A stretch of DNA of 32,000 bases from an uncultured Actinomycetota bacterium (GTDB taxonomy: Bacteria > Actinomycetota > Actinomycetes > JAHEKZ01), in the NCBI GenBank assembly GCA_963829525.1, contig CAWHIJ010000003.1, positions 2,075,359 to 2,107,358 on the forward strand. The letters run 5' to 3'. Each line of letters opens with the position of its first letter. Position 1 is the stretch's first letter. The notes under the pieces are model-generated. The model made no database searches. It was not told the DNA's origin and worked only from the letters and a program-made list of their open reading frames with translations. The position numbers and the translations under genes are program-made. Of this stretch, positions 17,770-25,064 are shown piece after piece.

Positions 17770-17936
17770 TTAGTCAAGATAGTCGCGCACCAGAAACGGC
17801 TGAGCGCTGTGCGACCGTGCTCAGCAAACGTCCAGGTCGCAAGCGCTGTGCAGTGCAATATCCTGGACTGAGCAGTCACGAAACCGGTTGCTGATCGCAA
17901 TGAGCGGGCGGCGAGTCGTGACCCTCATCGGGGACG
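17770..17936 (-). pseudogene. Candidate relic of the 3' end (region 4.2 and stop codon) of a sigma-70 family gene; also the right copy (B) of the direct repeat
   Basis: 17769..17789 matches the sigA 3' terminus at 23451..23471 in 19 of 21 nt, with the stop codon aligned. Translation gives ..PFLVRDYLD*, against SQVLRDYLD* in sigA. The shared blocks AACGGCT (17795..17801 vs 23481..23487) and TGCTCA follow collinearly. Upstream frames are broken by stops and indels. Confidence 0.35.
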
Positions 17937-18020
17937 CGGGACCGGTAGTCAAGCAGATGGCTCGCTTCGGGCGTCACCAGCCGCTACCGTCGGATGATTC
18001 GTCACGAAGGTGGGCCTAAC

Positions 18021-18629
18021 ATGAGCCTGTACCACGCCGGCAACCGCCAACTTCAGGACCGCTTCGACACTCGACTGCTGGCGGACAGGCTTGACGAAGT
18101 CATCGTCAACGAAACGATCAGCGAGTCGGACGCCGAGTTGATCTCCTCAGTCGACCACTTCTTTCTCGCAACAGTCAACCCGGCTGGGGCGCCAACGGTC
18201 AGTTACAAGGGCGGAGCACCTGGCTTCGTTCAGATAGTTGACGAGCGCACGCTCGCGTTCCCGAACTACAACGGCAACGGCATGTACCTGTCGATGGGTA
18301 ACGCGCTTGAGAACGGCATGGTCGGCATGCTTTTCCTTAACTGGTCGAAGGGGCATCGGCTCCGTCTGCACGGCTCAGCATCCATCAACCCTGACGACCA
18401 CCTGCTCGATGACTATCCCGAGGCTGAGTTTGTCGTCCGGGTGCAAACCACCAGTGTTTTTCCGAATTGTCCTCGGTACATCCACCGCATGGAGAAGCAA
18501 GAAGAGTCGGTGTTTGTGCCTCGGGCTGGTCGCCGCACGCCCGTCCCGGCCTGGAAGCACTCTGACTGGGCGATGGAGGTGCTACCCCAGGGCGATGCCG
18601 CTTACGACCCAGATGCACCGGTCGCCTAG
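18021..18629 (+). CDS. Pyridoxamine 5'-phosphate oxidase family (FMN-binding split-barrel) protein
   Basis: The ORF spans 17994..18629. I prefer the ATG at 18021, preceded by GAAGGTGGG. HFFLATVNPAGAPTVSYKGG..FPNYNGNGMYLSMGN..RLRLHG is typical of the PNPOx-like family. Confidence 0.75.
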   Translation: MSLYHAGNRQLQDRFDTRLLADRLDEVIVNETISESDAELISSVDHFFLATVNPAGAPTVSYKGGAPGFVQIVDERTLAFPNYNGNGMYLSMGNALENGMVGMLFLNWSKGHRLRLHGSASINPDDHLLDDYPEAEFVVRVQTTSVFPNCPRYIHRMEKQEESVFVPRAGRRTPVPAWKHSDWAMEVLPQGDAAYDPDAPVA

Positions 18630-19150
18630 CGCTGCTCGGTCAATGCCGTGAAGGTGGCGGTGCGCGCCCAAGTAGGTGAGTGCCTCGGCCCATCGCTCAG
18701 GGAGGTCAGAGAACTCTTCAGGCCCGGGGAGGTAGGCCCGCGTTGAGGTCACCAAACGGCGCGTACCAGCGATAGGTCCTCCCGGCAGGACGAACGGAAG
18801 GCAAGGCGACAACGTGTCGATGGCGGTGACGAACGGTCTCCACGTCAGGACCATGTCATTGCGCCACTTGAGTGCCCTTATGCCCAGCAGGGAGCTTGAA
18901 CAACATAACCCTGCTCGGCCCGCTCCCCCGGGATGTTGCTGACCACGTAGGGGTGGCGGTCCCCACTCTGCCTCCGCGGCGGCGAGGGTCTGCTGGCCAC
19001 GCTTGTTGCGGTAGGCGTCGACATCGATGCCCCCGACGTTGACGGGGGGGCCGCTGGGCCAGGTCCCTTCCCGACGCTGCCGAAGGACTTCGTCGAGCTC
19101 CGCCTCGGTGAGGTCAACGCAAGCGGCTCCGGTCGATCCCACCGGTACGT
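18582..19150 (-). pseudogene. Hypothetical gene(s) with an apparent internal reading-frame switch; possibly a disrupted gene
   Basis: Third-position G+C is high in the long-ORF frame for ~19150..18965 (VDLTEAELDEVLRQRREGTW..AAAEAEW) and again for 18854..18582 (MVLTWRPFVTAID..). Between them, ~18960..18878, it is high in the +1 frame (DRHPYVVSNIPGERAEQGYVVQAPCWA*). I recognise no family. Confidence 0.3.
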
Positions 19151-19168
19151 GGGTCGGGCCTGAAGGGG

Positions 19169-19555
19169 TCAGGCCATGCCGGTGACGGTGTCGGCTGTGA
19201 GGACGCAGAACTCGTTGCCCTCGGGGTCGGCCATCACGGCCCAGGTGTCGGGGTTGGCCAACGTCTCGGGGTCCTGCCGCAGCTCGATGAGACGGGCACC
19301 GATGGCGACAAGCTGGTTGACCCCCTCGCCGAGGGGTCCGTCGACCGTGATGTCGACGTGGAGTCGGTTCTTCATTGACTTCGGCTCGGGCACGTTCATG
19401 AAGTACAACGGTGTTCCGCCACTTGACGGGTCGCTGACCTCGTACTCGTCGGTGTTGCGTTCCGATACGCGGTGGCCAAGAACGTCGGCCCACCAATGCA
19501 TCTGCGCCAGCGAGTCGCGGCAGTCCACAACCACACCAAGCAACGAAAGCGCCAT
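19169..19555 (-). CDS. VOC (glyoxalase/bleomycin-resistance/dioxygenase) family protein
   Basis: 128 aa, ATG preceded by GGGAGG. LLGVVVDCRD..WWADVLG..LHVDI..DPEGNEFCV is a typical VOC pattern. Confidence 0.85.
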   Translation of the reverse strand: MALSLLGVVVDCRDSLAQMHWWADVLGHRVSERNTDEYEVSDPSSGGTPLYFMNVPEPKSMKNRLHVDITVDGPLGEGVNQLVAIGARLIELRQDPETLANPDTWAVMADPEGNEFCVLTADTVTGMA

Positions 19556-19683
19556 AGGTCCTCCCGTTCCCCCGGCAAACTACCTCCGCCCGGTTGCCAC
19601 AGACAAGGCAACAATCGAGGCGCCTGTCCATCGACCGCGCTGGATGCCGGATTCGCGGCGCCTAACGGCACGTCGGAGCGACC

Positions 19684-19866
19684 GTGTTTGCCGTCCTAAC
19701 GCGTTCGGTGGTCGAACGCGGCCTCGGGGTTCAGGCAGGCGAGACTTACCGAGTCGTCGACTTCGACAAGGCCTCGTGGAGGACCCTCACCGCGATCACA
19801 TGCGACGGGCGGGACCCGAAGGTCCCGCCCGCCAATTTTGAATCCGGTTCTGTCAGCGGAACTTGA
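19684..19866 (+). CDS. Small hypothetical protein (60 aa)
   Basis: GTG start with GGAG 6 nt upstream and moderately high third-position G+C. I recognise no family. The 3' end overlaps the convergent gene by 14 nt. Confidence 0.3.
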   Translation: MFAVLTRSVVERGLGVQAGETYRVVDFDKASWRTLTAITCDGRDPKVPPANFESGSVSGT

Positions 19867-21034
19867 ACTCAGCGGTGTGAGTGGTTCCGTCGGAGAGGGT
19901 CAGTGTCATGATTCGGCACTGTCCCTTGTAGAGCTTCGGGGTCTGCCAGTTGAACTGCCAGTTGCCATCCCCTTGGTAGAGGAGACCCGAGGCGTTGGTG
20001 TAGTTCTCAACCGCGTCGAAGCCAATATCCGATAGGTCAGTGCAGTTGATTTGCTGAGACCGCAAGGAGACGAAACTTGCCGCGTCTGATACTGGTGTGG
20101 TGCCGTCGAGTAGACGCCACTTCACCGGGATCGTCTGACCAGCTGTGGCCACGTTGACGAGGTTGTTGTCGATGGGACTCTTGAAGCCCTGGAACGCATA
20201 CGTGGACGAGGTTGTGATCTTGAGGGCCACGGTTCCGTTCGGGGTCCAGTTGGTGTCCTCACGGAAGATCCCAACTCCTGCTGCCCCACCATCGGCGTAC
20301 CAGCCCGCGGTTGAGGTGTTCCAGAACACGTTGTCCGTGTTGACGTCGCTGCCGACCGTGACCGGCTGGTTCGAGGGAATTCCCACGTTCAGCGAGTTGT
20401 ACGGTCCGTTTTGGCCGATCGGTGCCGCGCCGTAGTTGGCGGTGTTGTAGGCGATCCCGACGATCACTGAGTTCGGCAGGGTTGCGCCGAGACCACTCAT
20501 GTCGAACGTCGCATTGAACGCTAGACCGTTGTAGCAGGTCCCGTTCCCTGCCCTCCACGCAAACCCGACCCCGTATCCCGTGTCGGGGCAGGTCGGGTCC
20601 GCAGCAGGACGCCACGGGATGGTCACGTTCTGTGTCGTTGTGCCCAAGAGGTTGTTTGGTACGCCTTGGGCGTCCAGTGTGTCGGCGTAGATGTTCACAG
20701 TGATCGGGTGCGTCCAGCTCGTCGAGTTCCCTGAGTACCGAGCATCGGACGCATAGTCGGCATACACCGCCCAGGTGCTCATCGTGACCGTGACGCTGCT
20801 CAATGCCCGGTTGGTTCCACCGAGGTTGACGTGGTCCCCGAACTCAGCAGTTTGTGTCGCCTGAAAGCCCAGGCTCGGGACATTTGGCGGCAGCGGTGAC
20901 GGGGTGGCGTCGTAGACAGTCACGCTTGCCGGGGCAGCGTTCGCTGGCGCGAACGTCATCAGAGAGCCAGAGACTGCAAGAGCGAGGCCGAACAGACCCA
21001 CACTGCCCGCAGTACGTAACCGATTCAAACGCAT
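19853..21034 (-). CDS. Secreted protein with a C-terminal PxKF-type domain
   Basis: The real start is the ATG at 21034 (MRLNRLRTAGSVGLFGLALAVSGSLMTFAPANA signal peptide). The 733-aa track ORF is an antisense extension over the recombinase gene. The C-terminus FQGFKSPIDN..AGQTIPVKWRL..WQFNWQTPKLYKGQCRIMTLTLSDGTTHTAEFKFR matches the PxKF-domain pattern. Confidence 0.8.
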   Translation of the reverse strand: MRLNRLRTAGSVGLFGLALAVSGSLMTFAPANAAPASVTVYDATPSPLPPNVPSLGFQATQTAEFGDHVNLGGTNRALSSVTVTMSTWAVYADYASDARYSGNSTSWTHPITVNIYADTLDAQGVPNNLLGTTTQNVTIPWRPAADPTCPDTGYGVGFAWRAGNGTCYNGLAFNATFDMSGLGATLPNSVIVGIAYNTANYGAAPIGQNGPYNSLNVGIPSNQPVTVGSDVNTDNVFWNTSTAGWYADGGAAGVGIFREDTNWTPNGTVALKITTSSTYAFQGFKSPIDNNLVNVATAGQTIPVKWRLLDGTTPVSDAASFVSLRSQQINCTDLSDIGFDAVENYTNASGLLYQGDGNWQFNWQTPKLYKGQCRIMTLTLSDGTTHTAEFKFR

Positions 21035-21230
21035 GTGATCAAACCCTTCCGATCTTGTCGGGTAACACCAACTCGGGCCATCCACCTCGGGAAGAACAAG
21101 GAAGATGACGAGGGCTCTTGGGCTCTTCGACCCAAGTAACTCTCGTTCTAGCGTGCGACAGCCTCGACGCTCTAGGGGCTTTGTGCTCTCTGACTCCGCG
21201 TAGTCGCTTGGTGACAACTGAAGGGCGTCC

Positions 21231-21941
21231 ATGCCACTCGTGGCACGCCGAGACGGGCTCTTTGCGTGTAGAGACCTGGTCTCGGAAACGAGCGTTTCTG
21301 AGGTCAGCACACAAGAGCAAGACGAAGCACTCCAACGCGACGCCCTCGACGCAGTTGGATGTGAACGCCTCTTCGTGGACAAAGCATCCGGGGCCTTGGA
21401 CAGTCGACCCGCCCTAGACGCGATGCTCGACCAGCTGCGAGCCGGCGACCTGGTGGTGGTGTGGCGGCTGGACCGGCTGGGCCGGTCACTACGCCACCTG
21501 ATCGACGTGGTGGCAGACCTTGAATCACGTGGCGTGCAGCTACGCAGCCTGACGGAGAACCTGGACACCTCCACACCGAGCGGGAAGCTCACCTTCCACG
21601 TCTTCGCCGCGATGGCGCAGTTCGAGGCGGACCTCATCCGGGAACGCACGCAAGCCGGCCTGGCTGCGGCAAGGGCTCGAGGCCGCACAGGTGGCAGACC
21701 GACGGTGTGGACCGCGGAGAAGCTGGCGACGGCACGGGCGATGTACGAGTCCGGTGAGCAGGATGTCGCCACCATCGCCCGGGTACTCGGGGTCAGCAGG
21801 GCGTCGGTGTACCGAGGTCTCGCTGTTGGCTCTGAGCTCCTGAGGTCGGCGGCATCCCCAATGGCCCTCGATACCTCGTCGTGCGGCCCGCGGCCCCCCT
21901 CAACATCCATCCACAAACCTGAGGATCGCCAGCGGGAGTAG
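21231..21941 (+). CDS. Serine recombinase (resolvase/invertase family) with a non-canonical N-terminal catalytic motif; possibly inactive
   Basis: The core motifs GDLVVVWRLDRLGRS, FAAMAQFEADLIRERTQAGL and GRTGGRP and the C-terminal HTH DVATIARVLGVSRASVYRGL are present. Where YxRVS is expected the sequence reads VSEVST, so Tyr is replaced by Val and the conserved Arg by Glu. The preceding 20 aa are not the usual hydrophobic beta-1 strand, and a ~40-aa tail follows the HTH. Confidence 0.8.
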   Translation: MPLVARRDGLFACRDLVSETSVSEVSTQEQDEALQRDALDAVGCERLFVDKASGALDSRPALDAMLDQLRAGDLVVVWRLDRLGRSLRHLIDVVADLESRGVQLRSLTENLDTSTPSGKLTFHVFAAMAQFEADLIRERTQAGLAAARARGRTGGRPTVWTAEKLATARAMYESGEQDVATIARVLGVSRASVYRGLAVGSELLRSAASPMALDTSSCGPRPPSTSIHKPEDRQRE

Positions 21942-22034
21942 CCCGGCGGGGACGTTGGCCTCTGGCCGTCAAGGTGCCGAGCGGCAGACTGGGAGTGGGC
22001 AACGAGTGCCCCAGCGAATTGGGAAGGGGTCAAG

Positions 22035-22382
22035 ATGTCCACTGTTGCGAGCAACGCTCCAGCGACTAGCCCTGCAAAGAGGAACCTGATCCGCGCTTGG
22101 GTGTCCTTGGGACTGATGGTGCCCGGTTTCGTCGGGCTGATGGCGTTTGGCGAATGGTCGGATACCGAGAACGCTCCTGCCTTCGCGTCAGTGTTGACCG
22201 TGGTGATGGTCGCCCTCTTGGCGGCCTTCGCGGCGGGCGCCGTGTGGTTCGGCGTGCAAGCACGCAGGCTAGGCAGGCGTGCGGGCCTCGTGCCTGCGAT
22301 CCTGGCCGGGCTCGGCGGTGCCTACTTCCTGGTCGGGTTCGTCGCCCAACTGCTCAACGGGGGGGAGCCCTTCGGGGGCTGA
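22035..22382 (+). CDS. Small membrane protein (about 3 TM helices), hypothetical
   Basis: ATG preceded by GGGAAGGGG. The protein has hydrophobic segments and acceptable third-position G+C. I recognise no family. Confidence 0.55.
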   Translation: MSTVASNAPATSPAKRNLIRAWVSLGLMVPGFVGLMAFGEWSDTENAPAFASVLTVVMVALLAAFAAGAVWFGVQARRLGRRAGLVPAILAGLGGAYFLVGFVAQLLNGGEPFGG

Positions 22383-22514
22383 CCCCCCGGGCCGTCATCA
22401 CTCTGATCCTGGGTGTGGCCTGGGCGGGGATCAGCATGTCGGTCTCACGAGAAGCCGTAGAGCCCCGCTGCACGAGAACGTTGAGTGGCTGGCCTCACGT
22501 GCCACCTGACCCCC

Positions 22515-22605
22515 ACCGAGAGACCAACGAGCACCACGACGTCGCCACCATCGCCGGGTGCTGGGGGTCAGCAGGGCGTCGGTCTATCGCGGACTCTCGT
22601 CATGA
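22515..22605 (+). pseudogene. Frameshifted fragment of a second serine-recombinase C-terminal HTH
   Basis: 22541..22599 is homologous to 21765..21822, with exact blocks GTCGCCACCATCGCC and GGGGTCAGCAGGGCGTCGGT (22564..22583 = 21789..21808). One C is missing relative to the intact copy. Correcting for that, it reads ..DVATIA(R)VLGVSRASVYRGLSS*. Confidence 0.6.
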
Positions 22606-22798
22606 GCCTTGGCGAACCCGCTCTCACGATTCCAGTGGCTACCTTCGACCATAGGCTCTCAACCCACGAAGTCAGCTCAAGGCAGGACCCAGTGACAAGG
22701 AGAACAACCATGGCCCCGGATCTTGCCGGCGACTGCCCATCGCGCTGGGGCGGAATGAGGGAACCGGAGATCACGTGCGGCGCACTTCCGCCGAACCG

Positions 22799-23450
22799 TC
22801 AGGGAATCGCCACTCTGGTTTCGCAGGTGGTAGCGGTGTCAGTCCCGGTGCCCCCCGTCGCAAGTGTCGGTTCCCACACCACCCGTCAAGGCGTCGATAC
22901 CGGCTTGGCCATACAGCTTGTCGTTGCCGCCCAAGCCGGAGATGGTGTCGTTACCGTCCTGACCGGAGATCGTGTTGACTCCATCGGTTCCCGTTAGCTT
23001 GTCCGCACCAGGGGATCCGCTGATATTCTCCAGAAGGGACAGGGCGTCGGTGCCTTCACCGGTCGCGGTGCCGGTAGCCAGGTTCACGGTGACCGCAAGG
23101 GCCTTGCCGAAGTGGGCTGTGTCAAGACCTGCACCACCGTTGAGACGGTCGTTGCCAAGTCCGCCACCCATCGTGTCGTTCCCAGCGCCACCCAGGAGGT
23201 TGTCCGGGTTGCCCTGCCCCCAGATCCCGTCGTTGCCGCCGCCGCCGTTGAGAACGTTGGTGCCCCCGTTCCCGTCAAGCTTGTCAACGTAGGGCGAACT
23301 GACCAGGTTCTCGATGTCCTCCAGAGTGTCGGTGCCCTGACCAGTCGCCCTGCCGGTCGTGAGGTTCGCCGTCACGCGACACGCCTTGGTGTCAAAACAA
23401 GTCAGGAATATGCCTCTGACCTGCGCAAATGTGATCTCAGCGCGAAAAGG
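22799..23450 (-). pseudogene. RTX / hemolysin-type calcium-binding repeat protein relic (5'-truncated, 3' frameshift)
   Basis: The track ORF 22839..23375 is made only of GGxGxD nonapeptide repeats and the recurring unit V(T/N)LxTGxATGxGTDxLxxIEN. It has no N-terminal or secretion region. The frame stays open upstream to the sigA stop. Changing the length of the G6 run (22851..22856) by one base restores a typical ending ..DGGTGTDTATTCETRVAIP*, with the stop at 22799. Confidence 0.6.
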
Positions 23451-23451
23451 C

Positions 23452-24876
23452 TTAGTCCAGGTAGTCGCGCAATACCTGCGAACGGCTCGGGTGACGCAGT
23501 TTGCTCATGGTCTTCGACTCGATCTGACGAATCCGCTCACGAGTGACGCCGTAGACCTTGCCGATCTCATCCAACGTCTTGGGCTGACCATCGGTCAGAC
23601 CGAACCGCATCGAAACGACGCCTGCCTCGCGGTCCGACAGGGTGTCGAGCACCGCATGCAACTGCTCCTGCAACAAGGTGAACGAAACCGCGTCCGCGGG
23701 AACGACAGCTTCGGAGTCTTCAATGAGGTCACCGAACTCGCTGTCGCCGTCCTCGCCGAGCGGAGTGTGCAGCGAGATCGGCTCGCGACCGTACTTCTGC
23801 ACCTCGACAACCTTTTCCGGCGTCATGTCGAGTTCTTTGGCGAGCTCTTCCGGAGTCGGCTCCCGGCCGAGATCCTGCAGCATCTGCCGCTGAACGCGGG
23901 CGAGCTTGTTGATGACCTCGACCATGTGCACCGGGATGCGAATGGTGCGGGCCTGGTCCGCCATTGCACGTGTGATCGCCTGACGGATCCACCACGTTGC
24001 GTACGTCGAGAACTTATAGCCCTTTGTGTAGTCGAACTTCTCGACTGCACGGATGAGTCCGAGGTTGCCCTCCTGGATCAGGTCCAGGAAGAGCATGCCG
24101 CGTCCGGTGTAGCGCTTGGCCAGCGAGACGACCAAACGAAGGTTCGCTTCGAGCAGGTGGTCCTTGGCGCGACGACCATCTTCGGCGATCCACTCGAGCT
24201 CCCGGTGCATCTTGGCTGAGAGCTTCTTTGTGCCGTTGAGCTTCTCTTCGGCGAAGAGTCCGGCCTCGATGCGCTTGGCCAGCTCGACCTCCTGCTCGGC
24301 GTTGAGCAGGGCAACCTTTCCGATTTGCTTGAGATAGTCCTTGACCGGGTCAGCTGTGGCACCGGCAACGGTGACCTGCTGGACGGGCTCATCCGACTCA
24401 TCTCGGTGTGAGATCACGAAGCCCTTCTCTTCAGGCTCCTTCTTCAACTCCTCAGCGATCTCTTCGTCGCTGACCGGCATGCCATCGTCGGCGACAGGGA
24501 TCTCGACCGTCGCAGTCTCGGCAGCGGCGGCACCCTTCTTGGCGGCGATCTTCTTTGCCGGTGCCTCAGCCTTGGCGGGCGCAGCCTTCTTCGCGGAAGC
24601 GTCATTCTTAGCGGGAGCCTTGGCGGCCGACTTCTTCACCGCGACCGGCTTCTTGGCGGGAGCCTTGGTGGTCGGCTTCTTGGCTGGAGCGGCCTTCTTG
24701 GCCGTCGCCTTCGTTGAGGCAGGCTTCACTCCCGCCTTCACCGGGGCCTTCTTGGCGGGAGCCTTGGCGGCCGGCTTCTTGGGTGCCGAAGCCTTGCTCT
24801 TCGCAGCGGTCTTGGGTGCGGACTTCTTCGCAGGAGTCTTGGCGGCCTTGGTAGCAGTCTTGCGAGCAGCGCTCAT
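23452..24876 (-). CDS. sigA: RNA polymerase principal sigma factor (group 1 sigma-70)
   Basis: Regions 1.2-4.2 are unmistakable: [95 protein letters not shown]. The N-terminal ~130 aa are Lys/Ala/Pro-rich. Confidence 0.97.
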   Translation of the reverse strand: MSAARKTATKAAKTPAKKSAPKTAAKSKASAPKKPAAKAPAKKAPVKAGVKPASTKATAKKAAPAKKPTTKAPAKKPVAVKKSAAKAPAKNDASAKKAAPAKAEAPAKKIAAKKGAAAAETATVEIPVADDGMPVSDEEIAEELKKEPEEKGFVISHRDESDEPVQQVTVAGATADPVKDYLKQIGKVALLNAEQEVELAKRIEAGLFAEEKLNGTKKLSAKMHRELEWIAEDGRRAKDHLLEANLRLVVSLAKRYTGRGMLFLDLIQEGNLGLIRAVEKFDYTKGYKFSTYATWWIRQAITRAMADQARTIRIPVHMVEVINKLARVQRQMLQDLGREPTPEELAKELDMTPEKVVEVQKYGREPISLHTPLGEDGDSEFGDLIEDSEAVVPADAVSFTLLQEQLHAVLDTLSDREAGVVSMRFGLTDGQPKTLDEIGKVYGVTRERIRQIESKTMSKLRHPSRSQVLRDYLD

Positions 24877-25064
24877 AGGAGCGGTTGCCTCCTTGCGGGA
24901 TGCGGGCAGCCGTCATGCGGGCACGCGTAACGGGAGTATGCGGAGATCGGCTGCTGCGCCGAGGGGTGGAAGGCTGACCTGGGGATCGGCCCCGGAGTAG
25001 GCGCGGCAGTAGACATTGTAGTCAACGCCATCGGTGGTCTTGCTCTTCCCCCGCCGAGGTGGGG

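Noticed and set aside
19151-19631. Upstream part of the 349-aa minus-strand ORF 18582..19631
   Set aside because: It overlaps the well-supported VOC gene (19169..19555) in a different frame and reads as Arg/Pro/Gly-rich low-complexity sequence.
19853-21034. Lower apparent G+C of the PxKF gene as evidence for horizontal transfer
   Set aside because: Much of the A/T enrichment is explained by its Asn/Thr/Tyr-rich amino-acid composition, and third positions are still mostly G/C. Without a quantitative comparison this is not independent evidence.
21035-22054. N-terminal ~340 aa of the 733-aa minus-strand track ORF (19853..22054)
   Set aside because: It runs antisense to the serine recombinase gene and is Arg/Ser/Pro/Ala-rich with no protein-like motifs. 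The secreted protein has a clear signal peptide starting at the internal ATG at 21034. This is the usual high-GC antisense open frame.
22710-22997. 96-aa ORF with a near-perfect Shine-Dalgarno (AAGGAG, 7 nt, then ATG)
   Set aside because: Two thirds of it is antisense to the RTX nonapeptide repeats and reads as Val/Ala/Gly filler. Only the first ~30 codons lie in unique DNA. It may be the orphaned start of a lost gene, but it cannot be supported as a gene.
24400-24876. Periodic repeats such as GCGGGAGCCTTGG(C/T)GG (24611, 24656, 24765), which look like a tandem-repeat or CRISPR-like array
   Set aside because: They are in-frame coding repeats of the Lys/Ala/Pro-rich N-terminal tail of sigA (..AAKAPAKK..). 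Basic low-complexity N-terminal extensions are well known in actinobacterial principal sigma factors (e.g. M. tuberculosis SigA, Streptomyces HrdB). There is no spacer/repeat architecture.
23359-25000. Long plus-strand ORFs 23359..24219 and 24341..25000
   Set aside because: Both are antisense to the unmistakable sigA gene. They are open only because of G+C-rich codon bias.
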